Shown: positions 47,901-61,143, counted from the first letter of the whole stretch. The stretch is 61,845 bases of DNA, filler included, from Choristocarpus tenellus KU-1152 (GCA_964200185.2; 10 parts of 10 records of this genome joined end to end with filler, not necessarily neighbours in it), one strand, 5' to 3'. Notes: generated by a model not told the origin, from the sequence alone. Numbers and translations are program-made.

Positions 47901-50057
47901 ATATGCACACACACCGGTACTATGCCTAGTGTATGCACTGTCTTGTTTCTTTTTTCCTTTTTATTTTCCTTCCTTTTCAGTGCTCTATATTCTGAGGGTA
48001 TATTTTTTCTTGTGTGGTATTAGTGCATCTCAAGCAATAGGTATTGCCTCTTTCAACACTCACTCGACCTCATCATCAAACTAATGTGAACAATGATGTT
48101 CACTAAGACCTCAAGGTTCCAGACCACAATTTGATGGGGGAAGGAATAGATAAAATAAAGATTGGAACATTGAAGAGCACCATACCAGCACCACTAGAAA
48201 GAGTTGCTCCTTAGATCAGTTCAAGAACGGTGCTGTTGTCAAACATTGAGATGACTGCTCTACCAGGGCATGCACTCGCTTATCGTTACCAATGATCTCA
48301 GTTGTATTCACGGGACTCCTTCAATCAAGTCGCACTAGGCTTGAGGTCTCAGTAAAATTCGTAATGTCTCCTAGGTAGTTTTGTTAACATATTTCAGAAC
48401 AATGGTGATGATGAGTGCAATCACTAAAAATTACGCTACTCACTGTGACAATAGGCACACTCGGTCAAATGATGTCCTCCCACAGGACGAATTGGAGTTG
48501 GGAGAGTGGGTGGTCACCATCGGGTTTCTCGTGAAGAGTAAACCCTGTTGTACACTTCAATGCTAGCAGTTCTGCTAAGGACAGCTCTATTGGGGGTGAA
48601 AAGGGGGTCCTCCCAAACAGTTCATGATAAACAACCTCACCAAAACACCCAGACAACAACAAAGCACAATACCACAAAGACAAGACAAGTGCCTATGGAG
48701 AGGAAAGGAAGTGTTTGTTGGAGGGGGATGTGTTTTGGAGGAGAGATGGTGAGTCATGTTGCTGCTTCTTCTGATGCTCATACTCCGGAGGGTGGACCTT
48801 CCATGCCACGTTCAGATGCCTTGAGGGTAATGGCTGCCTCATAGCAACCATGGTTATGAAGCTTGACTACTGGTATTTCTTGCAGGTCTTCATGAAAAAA
48901 TGCTTTGCTGCCTCCTGGAGATCTCTAAACAATGGATGCCTGATGTAACCCACAAAGATCTCGATATTTTCTCACCTGCACCCTGTGCTGTGCATGCATC
49001 CATATCAGCACCTCCAGCCCAGTGCCCACCACCACCAAAACCGGCATTAGGAGTAGCCAACACGGGAGTAAGCATTGGGGCACATGTGACACCCCTATCA
49101 CTTGAGTCATTAGTAAACACCCAACCATCTTCACTCACGACATGCTCAACATAAACTGCTTGCTTGGCAGACACATGCAGGGCACTGCATCGGGGGACTA
49201 ACGAAATTGTACTTGACGTCTTGTGCAAGTACACCATGGTTAGGTGAGAGGAGGGGGAGTTTGACAACCTGGACCTGATTATGTTGTGGTCAGGAGGGAG
49301 AAGCGTAGATTGGATGCAAAAATGAATGTCGAAAAAAATAGACAAAATGTCACTCTCCTTCATTCATGACCATCTCTGATGTGGATAGCGACAAACCTAT
49401 TATTCCTCCTATCGTGTACCACACATCCAGCCATATGCTCTATACTCAATGTATATTATTAAGAAAAGCATACTGCCTTGTGCCCCCTGCTGAAGATCAA
49501 ATCATCCTCTTCTTCTCTGTGCTCATTGGAAATTTAGGCTGACTTTTATAAGCAAGAAAAGTAAACTTTTGGAGAAAAGTGGATTATATATTTTTCTTAA
49601 GGAATCCGTCTTGTAAGGTGTTGACTGTAGAAAAATTAGTTCTTCAGATTTGTCCAGCTGTTCCTGGTGGTCCATCTTGAAGAAAGTGGAGTGCATTATT
49701 GTCCAGCGAAAAGAGTTGGAGAAAACTGAAATGGCAGTGTGGACACCTCCTGAAAATTCCAGAACAGGTTGAATGTGGGAGTTGCGCATAGCAATGGCAA
49801 AGGTGACCAGACAAACCTCATATTTGGCATCGCTCAATAAAACAGCCGATCACCAAAATTGAGGATGGAGCATACTATGGAGGATGAGTTTGACCCTAAA
49901 TGGTGCGCGGAAAGTGCCAATATGTTTTTTTTGTGTATGTGGCAGCTCTTTTTAAGGNNNNNNNNNNNNNNNNNNNNNNNNNNNNNNNNNNNNNNNNNNN
50001 NTTAATTAATTAANNNNNNNNNNNNNNNNNNNNNNNNNNNNNNNNNNNNNNNNNNNN

Positions 50058-50213
50058 GGGGGTCTACACCAGGGTGTCCATTTGCGCCCTGACCAGGAAA
50101 AGTGCACTTACATTGTCCATTCCACACATAAAACCAAATCACCCAAAAATTGCGACATGGAAAAATGAGTCCCAAATGGACAGCCGCCACCCCCCCCCCA
50201 GATACTTTGAGCC
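50058..50213. mobile_element. MITE family C, left TIR cut by contig start
   Basis: gtctacaccagggtgtccatttg...ccccccccagatactttgagcc is homologous to 57755-57928. Confidence 0.9.
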
Positions 50214-50229
50214 TCTACGGTTGGTTACA

Positions 50230-51500
50230 TACTGCTAGTCAGCAAGCAAGTGCGATTCCTTGGAAGCTTGGTAAGAGTCAGTCGTGATGAGACTCCTAAC
50301 TCAAAGAAAGAAGAGGCTGATTAATCCCCAAACTACTCCATGGATGGGTATGTAGGAAGAACCTTTGTTCGGAAAGCAAATTATTTGGCGAGCTTCTGAT
50401 TATCCTATTTATATGGATCATCCACTATCACTGAAAGAACATCACCGAGAACCATAGCATCCTTACTCTTCTAAGTAATATAAACACTTCATTGATTACT
50501 CTAAAGTATTCGAACTTTTTCGCTAAGTGGTTGCTATTTCACAGATGAACACTGCATCTAGTTATTACATTCATGGATTGTTTGGTGGTAGTTTTCGCAG
50601 GTAACAAGAGTTGCCTCATCGGATCTGTCAAGAATGACATCTTATCGAATTTTCACCTCAAATAACGGCCAGTATACCACCGACTATACAGAGCTGTCCT
50701 TGCAAGGATTAGCAAGTGAGGCATTTCAGGAGAAAACACTTTGACACGTAAGTTGTAACAAAATCAAAATAATATTACTCCGAAGTATCACAATAAACAG
50801 CAGGCAATGATCCGTGAGGGGGAAGAAAATCACCGACTGTTGTCTATATGCTCTGGCATAAACAAATTATTCCACAGGTGCTCCCAGTGCATGCAAGTAG
50901 AATGAGTGTCCGTATCCCTTTCATGTTCATTATTCTTGAAAAGATGTCTACCCTATGTATTCTAAATATTGATTGGCAGTCTTCTGCTCAAATAAAAAAC
51001 TATTACAGAGCTTTGTGTGCTTGTTGAGGTGGGTAGAACAAAATCTTTACAGTCTAGCTCAAACACAAGCAAAACGATCCCCAGAGCATGTGCATGGATC
51101 AAGAGGAGTTCAATCCAGTCATTGTCCAGAGTATAGAGTACCTCTTGCACCGGACTCTTTGGCTGGGATCTTGAAACACTAGGAGATCGTCTTGGAAGCA
51201 TGATTACTTGATTTCCTTTGATCTTACCACTTTCTCTTTAGGCTTCTCAGCTGCAAATTCCTCAAATAACAACTTCACGAGTAACCAAACTGTCCATACG
51301 CACAACAACACCTGCAAGAGGAAGTTTCCATTTGCAAATAGTCAACCCGGTGCTCTTGAACCCAGCTCTCACCAATACATCAATGTGTGGCAAGGGGGTG
51401 ATCTGTACGCAGAACCCAATGTAGCACTGTACGAACACAAAGTTAGTCACAAGAGCTGGGTGTGGCAGTCCTTCTGAAGTGTCCACGCCAAGCATCCATA
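50230..51500 (-). mobile_element. Decayed RTE-like LINE fragments
   Basis: DTSEGLPHP..IGFCVQ and LFEEFAAEK..VFQDP resemble the 25480-25560 and 11380-11600 segments. Confidence 0.45.
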
Positions 51501-51681
51501 TAGCAGTCTTATATACACTTCAAATAAATGAATGAAATATTTAGCTATCTCAAATGGTCAGTTCAAAATGAGATGTGATACTGGACTATACTAGCTGTCC
51601 CCACAGGAAGCAATCACCTTCCATGTCTCTCTCCTTTCTCACCACAGCCAGCTTTGTAGCAAGACTAGCTGCATGGATCAG

Positions 51682-54600
51682 TTACATGCACAAGATATTC
51701 TCTATCAACCACATGCCAACACGACTGAAGACCTGAACAAGAGCTGTTGGAAAGATGCGCATCTTCTCATACTTCTTGAAGGCTGTCTCCAACGATTCAT
51801 CTGCTTCCCCCACACAAGATGCGAGGGCAACTACATCCTGGAGCGCACTGGTCACACCCATCCCTGTTTCTCAAACAGCAACCGGGCAGAGATTAAGAAT
51901 GCACAAGCAAGGGCACAACAAGGGGCGCCTGGTGCTCATGAGAGGACGAAAAAAAGGATGAGATACTGATATTTCCTAGTACATAGTGCCAGTATAATGA
52001 GAGTAAAACCCAGGGAAGGGATACACAGGTTTAGGCATTTTGAAAGAACATTTGTATTGAAGAGTCAAAAAACATTGTGCAGGAGAAAAAAAGAGGCTAC
52101 TACATATGCACAGAAAGATGCTGTTAACAGATCTCACCAAGTGATGGAAACATGGCATGTGCAGCATCGCCAATGAGAGTTACAGATGGCTCCTTGCTCC
52201 ACCTAAGCCACTGAACAGGACTATCTGCCACATTAGTCACAATCATGCGACTGTTGGCAGTATTTCGAACAACATCCTTCACCTACAGGTTACACACAAA
52301 TGACAACAAAGTTCGCAAAACAAAATAAGAGCCGTGACAAGGGCCAAGTGAGGAATGTTGACATTATAATCACACTGAGAGTAGGAGGGTGGGGGGGGAC
52401 ATGTTGGTAGTGATGCTGTGACACACTATAGGCACTGCTGGTGGAAACACAGAGACTTATCAGTATACCCAATGATATCATTACAATCCGTTGATGAGGT
52501 ATAGTGGCATAGTCATGTTGTTAAAGACATGCTCCATACTCAGCTGCCACCCATGCTATAGTATTGTTCTATTGAATACATTGATGTGGTGATGACTGGG
52601 TGCATGATGGTTAGTGGTGGTGATGGCCGCTTGGGCCACCTTCCAACCTAACTCTGTCTAGAGTAGAGAGTACACATCAACACTGATATTGACACCAAAC
52701 AAATAGTTCTTAACTCCAATAATGCAATCATCAAGGCAATATACTCTTGAATGCTTGGGAGCATTCAACAGGGAAGAGGATGAACGAGGAACGGTATCTT
52801 CCAGTCAATTACATCACTATGGAAAAATCAATCATATCATAAATCCCCACTACTTATCTTTGGGATACGTAAGGTATCTTGAGACAACCCAAGCACACAG
52901 CAAGAGTAGTCTTAGCACAAAAAGAGGGGAATACATCGCACATGACACACTAATAAAACTTGACAAGTGTAAACACCTCTGACAACTCATCTTATTAACA
53001 GGAAAAAAGTACAACTACGGTCTCCCTGCAGCAACTCTCCTTCCATCAAGTTTAGTGCAAGATCACTTGCACTATTGCTATGCAAACCTCGCTTCAGGGT
53101 GCCACGTACATCATACCTAATAGGCTAAACCTTGGTGATTGACACACTATCCACACCAAAGGATCAGCTTCCACTCAAAGTCTGAGGTAAATTTCTTGCA
53201 ACATATGAACTGAGTATGAGAGCCATACTTCAAGTTGTGTTTTTGGCGGGCCCAGCAGCAAATTCGGGCTGTGACAAAATTGTAGCGAGAGATCCAAGTT
53301 GTAAAAATCTCCAAAAATAAGATGTCACCATAAAGCCCCTCCTTTGGTCACTGTGACATAGGTACACAAGGTAAGCACTTGTTCTCTACACAGTGTGACC
53401 AAGTAGGCTTTGTACAAAAAATCAACATTCAGTGTGGTTGGTCATTGTCTCCTACTGAAAATAAAATTATAAATAATTCAAAATTGGAGGTTGGTTTGAG
53501 TCTACAGGACACCTTTTCAAGCAACCACAAATTTCCAAGGGCTCCAATCAAGCTTTGGTTAAGAAGTATATCAAAAGGTCAAGAACTACAGCGCAATGTC
53601 AAAAGGTACAGATCATTGTACCAATGTGTGTTAGGGCAAACGGACACTGAGCACAAAGAGTACTAAGCATTCCAGCAAGTTTGGAGACCAGCACATCTCA
53701 TAATGTAATCATCGTAGGCCTATGCAGCACACCACAACAGCAACTCACCTAGAGGTTATCACATGAGAGTGTATGCAGAGGGTATGTGGCAGGTTTCAAC
53801 GCACCTCCTCTGGCCATGATGTAATGACTTCAAGTGCCTCTTCCTTCTGCACTTCTGGGTCAGCTTCTATGTCAACACCACCCCTCTCGAATGATGTCAA
53901 GCTCCACATTGTTGTATTTTCGCCCACCTGATCTCATGTAAATATGTAGGATATGTCAGGGCAGTTGGTGACACTGACTGCTTCAAGGTTGGGGAATATC
54001 ATACTTTGAAGTGATTTGTAGTACAACTAACAATGCAGCAAGCACACTCCAAAACCCAGATCTTGACACCAGCTATGACAATGTGGGGGCAGCTTCAATA
54101 TGAAAGGAAAGGAGAGCTTCTGGCAGCAATTTCTCCATCAACTCTGGAAGGAATGTAACAGTTAGATGAGGGCGGTGAGGCAATATTGCTTCCCTCCACA
54201 CACACGCACACACTCTTGGACATTGCACTCGGCACGAACCTCGCCATAGTAGATTGACCCCCCATTTCCATAGGACATTCGGAACTCTCCCTCTGGGGCA
54301 GGAGGTTTTTCTGCTGTGTCTGACAGTGCCCACCAAACCAACATCTCATTTGTGTCTTCCTTAATGGGCTCCAAAACTTTACTGCGGACTGAGGATCTTG
54401 GCAACCAAGTGGGGTAGGGGTTATCTAAGTAGGAAGAAAGAATAGAATATAAAGGCGAAATTGTGTCTTAGAACCTATCGATAACCTTGTACAACAGGAC
54501 CCTGTCAGATATGTTATGTCGCATACTTAAATTTGAAGTTCCTCAGAAGATTAGGACCCCTTTCTGCTAAAGTATCGACGTGGCTTGAATCTACTGGTCG

Positions 54601-55931
54601 GTGAATACACGCTCAGTTAATTAGCAACATAATTCGCACACCCTACACCCGTGGGTGCATCACATGACGGTTGGCACATCCTTAGGGTGTATGGGGAAAA
54701 GCAGAAGGAACTGACGACATATCAAGTAGATCGAAGAGAGTTCTATGCAGTACACAGTTTGTGTCGATGTGATGTGAAAGTCCTGGTTCAATGCAGGTAA
54801 GGATGTTGCAGGTACGAAATTTGATATTCTCTTTCTCTTCAAATATACGCTATTGCCTAGACACACAAAGCAACCCTACAGCGGGGTTCACTTTCACCTT
54901 CGACCATCCGCTCCAACCACCGCCTTTGCCCTTACAGGCATATCCTTCCCCTCGAAAGTCAGCTCCGCCAGCCCACCTGGTCCGTCGGCATTAAGCTCCT
55001 TCAAGCGACAACCCAACTCAATGTTTTCCTTATCCAAGTGCGCCATCAATACGCGCTGTAGAGCGAAACGGGTGATGCCTATAAAAGGGTAGCCCACAAG
55101 CTCCTTCATGCGACTTATGTCAAGCTTGAAGATGGTCTCCCCCGAGATAGGGCGTAGGAGGTGAATGTACTGTACCACACGCCCAGCGCGTATTGCCTCC
55201 TCTCCGAGGCCTGGAAGAATATCTTCAAGCGCCCCCACTCCGAATCCCTGTGTGGCAACAGACGGGAGGGGACATTGACATGATAGGAATATATCTCTGT
55301 TCTCTCCACTCAAAATGCCAGTGATACGAATCACACGTGAAGTGGAGCTATACAAATATGTCATGCCCTGCATGATATTATGTGACCTATAAGAACGAAC
55401 ACTCAACAATCTAACAAGCACCTATCCATTAACTGCCCCCTATACCTCTGCTAACGAGATGCACTTAAATGGAACTTAATCGTAACACTACATATAATTA
55501 TTTCGTATCAACATCGGAACACCAATTCCATCTTCACGCTATGGGAAACTTCAAACCGACCTGGACGATAACAGGTCCTTTTGTCTGACCTGCAAAAACA
55601 CGGCTGCTCCTCGCTCCTTGATGTTACTGACCGACTCATAGACACAAACATCAAGACCTTTCCGCTTGAGGGCCAGAGCTAAGGCCAGCCCCGCCGGTCC
55701 ACCTCCAACGATCGCCAAATCGAGCACCCTCCCTTCCGTTTTGGTGGTTGGAGTTGCAACAATCTCTGTCACAGGATTGACCATCATCGTCCTTCTCACT
55801 TTTGCCCATTTTCTTGTGTGCCTTGGAGTGAGCGAAGAATGGGGTGGCGAGGGTACGAAGCCACTCGTACGCCAGACCAGAAAGGCGAAGATCTGACAAC
55901 CTAACCAGCATGCTGCATGTGAGGACCTCAT
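51682..55931 (-). CDS. Plastid-targeted FAD-dependent monooxygenase (ZEP/UbiH/salicylate-hydroxylase superfamily), complete, 432 aa (exons 55931-55590, 55247-54898, 54396-54240, 53927-53805, 52282-52138, 51863-51682)
   Basis: All three class A flavoprotein monooxygenase fingerprints are present: IVGGGPAGLALA..YE, VVGADGRRSSVR and TLIGDAAHAMFPSLGMGVTSALQDV. Introns are phase-consistent GT-AG (1299 nt CDS). The signal peptide ends TSG|FVPS. Confidence 0.93.
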
Positions 55932-56599
55932 GGTTATAGGGATTGGAACTGCTAATATTTCTAGTATGTGCAACACAAAACAGAATCTACCTCTGTAATT
56001 GAGGGTATAGCCGTATGTCAATCGAATCATTCCTACATATTATTAGTTTACTACATGACGCAACAATCTGGAAAAAAAAAATGTACACTGCGGGATAATA
56101 AAATATCATATCATTGTATGAAGTATTTATTCCCAGAAAATTGAAGATTCATATACTAAATTCAAGACCCACGGAGTTACAATTGGGAAACAAGAAGAGG
56201 AAAAAATAATTTCATTTGATATATATTGAAAAAAATAATATCTTGCTAGATGAGGAATGGAGTAATGTTAGAAGTAATGTAGATTGAAATATTCTGAAAA
56301 ATATCATTGAATAGAAGAAAGATCTGAGAAACATCGCAAAAAATTATCACAAATTTTATTTTGTGGATTGAGAAGTGTTAGTGTTAATAGTTTGCGTATT
56401 AATATGACATAATTAGCCTTCAAAATACCATACAACCTCAACGAAAATGGCATACATCATCGTCACATCAACTCTTCTACCAGCAAAAAAAAGGAAAAGT
56501 AGTTGTGCAATCTAAATTATCCTTCCCCACTAACCATGTACAATGTACATTGAAACGACAAAATAGAAGCAAAGCTGAATTGGTCCTGACTCTCAAGGC

Positions 56600-57450
56600 A
56601 CAGTAAGGTGGAACACTTGAACAGCATCGAACAGGATCTACACTAACACACAACAAGGAAAGGGCCTAGTTGCAAGTCACAACAACACGACGATGCATAG
56701 GACTACGAATGTCCAAAATCTCGAGCAACTCGGATCTGTGCTACATCTACTATGTGAAACTTGCGGAAGGAGGTGTACCCAAAAAGGAAATAATCGAAAC
56801 CGAAGATCAGTGGTGGACAAAACACCTTACGTCCTGTATCTAATCCCTTCACATTTATCGAGGAAAAGTGTCGACAACACGCATTTTGATGGATCTATGT
56901 TTCTGGCCATTAATTTTCTTGAAAGCACATCACATGCATAATATATCGACACAGAGAGACACAACTAAGCGGACAACCTTGCAAACTACCCCTGCGAATC
57001 CCTCTCGAACCTACTCTTCGCCATACCACTTCACTCACTTTACCGTGTACCAATTCATCTTCATTCATTCGTGGAATACCCGCATTTATTAACTATCAAC
57101 AAAACTGAACTCATATAGATACAAACTCCGGAGCACAACACATTGTAGAGGTACACTTTGACAGGAAAACAGGTGCCCGAGAAAGAGGGCAAGAGCTGCC
57201 ACCACAAAAAAAGGAAAACCCTTGCGCTTCACCACCCCTACACCTATGGCTGTTCTAAAACATCGCTTCGAGCACTTCGCGCACATGTGAGTATCATGAC
57301 GGGGCACCACACACCTCCGATGAAGGAACCTTGCATAGATCCCAGAAAAAAACTCCATCGCATTCAACCATTCCCATCCTGGCTGACAGGAAGGTGGGAG
57401 AATAGGTACATTCAGCAGAATGGGGAAATACATGCCTGCTCTACTTTTTT
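56600..57450 (-). mobile_element. Decayed non-LTR retrotransposon RT remnant (apparently a different LINE lineage)
   Basis: LVHGKVSE..GIRRGSLQGCPLS matches the RT 'GVxQGCPLSP' motif. Flanking motifs are degenerate. Confidence 0.5.
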
Positions 57451-57754
57451 TATTAACATTATCTTATGAAATGAAAAGGAGGAATATATACTGAAAAAAA
57501 AACACGACCAGCCAAAAACTTAAAGGAAACTCAAAAACGAAAATGAACAAGGAATGCAAGAGAATAAGTCCACAAAAGAAACATCAGCAGACAGCAATGG
57601 TGGTGGTGTTAGTAGCTTGAGAGCCCTTAGTTGCTGCTTTGGTTTGACTAGCTATCAGAGCTTCTTTGGAATACCACTCAGCTAGGTGAACCTTGTCACG
57701 CCGTTAGCTACACACTCATACTACTCCTGCTGGGTAGTGACTCTTATGCTCCGA

Positions 57755-57928
57755 GACCCAAAGTATCTGGAGGGGGGGGAAGTCTACACCAGGGTGTCCA
57801 TTTGACCCCAAATCAGGAAATTGCACTCACATTATCTATCCGACGTATGAAACAGAATCACACAAAGATTGCGACATAAAAAATTGACCCCAAATAGACA
57901 GCCGCCACCCCCCCAGATACTTTGAGCC
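57755..57928. mobile_element. MITE family C (174 bp, apparent TSD CGA)
   Basis: TIRs gacccaaagtatctggaggggg / ccccccagatactttgagcc. Confidence 0.9.
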
Positions 57929-58221
57929 CGACCCTCGACTCCAAATCCCAAATTTGTTAAGGTCGTCTTAGAGATATGCCCATTAGTTCTTCTACTGTTC
58001 ACCTCACTTCCGATTTCCATTCGAAATTTCCCCAAACATCAACATCTTGGGAAATTGCTCGTCCCCCATGCGAGCAATGTGTTGAAACATAGGCTACTCA
58101 TATTTTGTGTTTTATTGATACCATACAATATTACCAGTTCATACTGACCATTGATTCACACATCGGTACTGATCGTTATTCAATCTTTTATCATTGATAC
58201 TACATAGGAAATTTATCATTG

Positions 58222-58262
58222 ATATGCCCTCTGACATTTTGCAGATGTGCCAGGGGAAAAAC
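58222..58262 (-). mobile_element. Isolated CRE-like 3' end
   Basis: atatgccctctgacattttgcagatgtgccaggggaaaa matches the end motif at 13998. Confidence 0.75.
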
Positions 58263-58432
58263 TAATGAATGTATAGTATCATGAATTATCGTTACACAGC
58301 TCTATGGTTCATAGCAAGTATGGAACAGTTGATATCTATCAAACATACAAGCATAGTATGTGCTACATGAGTTGTCCCAGATATTGATTCAGTTTGTTTC
58401 TTTGTTTTTCTATTTACGGCAGAATCACCAGT

Positions 58433-58618
58433 GGTTCAAAGTATCTGGGGGGGGGTGGTGGCTGTCCATTTGGAGTCAATTTTTTCACGTCGCGATTTTT
58501 GGGCGATTTGGTTGCATACGTCAGAGATGGACAATGTAAATACACACTTTTCCTGTTTTTGGTCCAAATGGACACCCTGGTGTATAGACCCCCCCCCTCC
58601 GCCCTGATACTTTGGGTC
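58433..58618. mobile_element. MITE family C (186 bp), opposite orientation to 57755
   Basis: TIRs ggttcaaagtatctggggggggg / gccctgatactttgggtc. Flanks agt/ggt. Confidence 0.9.
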
Positions 58619-58619
58619 G

Positions 58620-59480
58620 GTTGTACCTCATATGTTGTTTATTATTTTTCCTTGGTTGTCCTTACCCCCACTTACACACAGAAGTCACTCTCTGCAGTAA
58701 GTATACCTGATACACAACCGGATGGTCTACATTCAGAGTTACTACATACAACCACAAAACTCTCTCTTCACGAGGTGACAAGCCTCTACACAGAGCATTA
58801 GTTTCTTCCCTTTAATGTACCAAGGAACACCCCACAACACTGTACCAGTTAACCTCTGACTGTGCAGAGCATATCACTAGGTTCATCAACACAAACTCAT
58901 CGGTGCTTCACTGCCCTATGACAACCCTTCACTACAAACAACCTGTATTGAAACCTAATTTCGTATGAGTTGTGTGTTGTGATGTGTCTGATTTGTGACG
59001 AAGGAGATCATAGCGCAACAAAGCACTGATGAATTTGTTCTTGTAAGTCTATCTGATGACATGTTGTATTCAGTCAGACAGTGTACGATGTGAAGGTATG
59101 TTTAGTTGTGCTGTGATTAGCACGTTTAAAGGCAAGTATGTGTCATAGTGCAAAAAGACACCTGCGGGTTCGGTCTGGTGCGTCTGGAGGGATGTCTTAC
59201 TCAATCAGACGTTGTTTGGAGTGAAATGGGTACTGGTACGTCTGTGACATGTTTTATTCAAGCAAACTGTGGCTGATAGAATCAGAGTGGTCATTCATTG
59301 AGGCGCTCAAATGAAGAAATTCATCCTCTGTGAAGAGGGTTGTCACCTTGGCAGAGAAGGGTTTCGAAGGTTGGTTTTAAGCTGTTTATATTGCATGCGG
59401 TGCGTGTCTTATATGTGTTGCAGAGTGAACAGGTATCTTATGGTAGGGAATGCCAGTCAAGTAAAAAATAAGAATTAACA
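58620..59480. mobile_element. Two divergently oriented decayed fragments, probably RTE-like 5'/APE regions
   Basis: The reverse complement of 58745-58800 aligns with 59320-59378 (ctctgtg.agagg.ttgtcacct.g..aga.a). The translation CEEGCHLG..FRR resembles the APE 'C..GCD..GLQE.RR' motif. Confidence 0.45.
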
Positions 59481-60038
59481 CATGTTATGGAACTGGAAAC
59501 CTGTGAGGAAAAAGAAGAAGGCAATCTTGAATCCATATCTAACCTAACCACTGTCACACATAGTATATCTGTATGAGTGATAATTGGCGACTGTTCCTAT
59601 GCTTCCTATATACTGTGATCTTCTGAGTGAGTTGTGATGTTGAGTTAATGAGTTAATTATGTAAATGGAAATAGCGACCATTGCAATGGACAAATCAACG
59701 TTCAGAATGGACTGACGATACTGTATCGTATCAAAGCAGATCGAATGAGTATATCTTATATTTTAAACCCCCTCAGGGTATTCCATCTATACTTTCAGAT
59801 CATACCAAAATGGAACAAACGGACCTAGCTCAACCCCCAAAAAACAAATACTAATACAAATAGTAGTAAGTATACTAATACTAATACATTATGATGACCG
59901 AATGGCCTACTATGCACAGGAAAGGATGACCTTACTTCCTGTAGTCGAACGAACAACCTCTACTACTACTATTACAAATTCTTCGAGGCACTCACGTTCC
60001 TTGCATTGCAAACAAGACAAAGACCTTCCTTTTCTTCC

Positions 60039-60293
60039 GACCCAAAGCATTTAAGAGGGTAGGAGCTTTGCCCTGTTTGTCTGTTCGAGGCTTGGCTTCC
60101 CACGTTTTTTTTGTGCCCTTTTTCGGTTTCCTGTGTGAACGCCGTTATCTAAAATGTATACGACTGTGAAAGGTGTCTGGAGCGAGGATGTTGACACTTG
60201 CTAACAAACACGATAGCCAAAATGAATCAAAATAGAAACATTGGATTTTGGATCCTGAACGAACGTGGCCCTACCCTCCTCATGCTTTGGGTC
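60039..60293. mobile_element. MITE family A, diverged subfamily with GAC...GTC ends (TSD TTCC)
   Basis: TIRs gacccaaagcatttaagagggtag / ctaccctcctcatgctttgggtc. The interior ctaacaaacacgatagccaaaa is identical to family A, and ttcc flanks both sides. Confidence 0.88.
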
Positions 60294-60980
60294 TTCCAAC
60301 AGTAAAAATATGTCAATTCTCATAAACACGTTTCTGTCCGTGTGTCAGGGCCCTACAGTAGCGCTTTTAATATCCTGCCGATATTTTACAGGTCAAGAAT
60401 AGAATGTTCATTAACGAATGACAGCAACAGTAGAACTTGACTTCTTGGCAAACACTGCGTGCAAGGTATTACTTTGTAGTATTAGCACGACCAGGAAACA
60501 AGACAAAATGAAGACCAGATGCGACTACTACAAACAAATGTAAACATAGTTATGTAAATGCTACACGCAGTACACCTAACACGGTAGAGGTCTTCTTCTA
60601 CTTTGTTTTATCTTATTGTTCGTCTGTACAACAGGTACATACAGTGAAACGTCTGCAACATGTTGTGGGCCTCACGCTTGAAAAAACACCCATCTACGGT
60701 GTAGATCTACAAGGCTGAAATATGGAAAATGCGCAAAAACATGTGCCAACATTGTAGGAGTTACGAAGTTTAACAGGTCAGAGAAGAGTGAAGTGATTTT
60801 TCTGGAGAGAGCATCCAGATCAGGTGGTCAGGAAGGTGAAGTAGTACAGAGTATGTTTAAATGAATATGTGAATACTACGGACTACTACTACTACACTCT
60901 ATATGAATTAGTAAATAGGATACAATCAGAGTTACTACGAAAAAAATAAAAAATATATAATCAACTTCTGATCTGCTTAT

Positions 60981-61143
60981 GTTACAGGCGAACAGCGCGA
61001 GCTTTCTTCTTCTGTTCTAACAAATGCGAACATTTGTTACACGCGAATAGCGCGAGCATTTCTTCTCATGTTTTAGCAAACACGAACATTTGTCACAGGC
61101 GAATAGTGCGAGCATTGTTTCTCACGTTCTAAAAAGTGCGAAC
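60981..61143. repeat. 54-56-bp tandem repeat x3
   Basis: tgtYacaSgcgaaYagYgcgagc..gcgaacatt at 60981, 61035 and 61091. Confidence 0.88.

Noticed and set aside
1431-59060. CTGATGA cores as hammerhead ribozymes (e.g. 1431, 16232, 59026)
   Set aside because: No correctly placed GAAA and stems seen by eye. An Infernal search would be needed.
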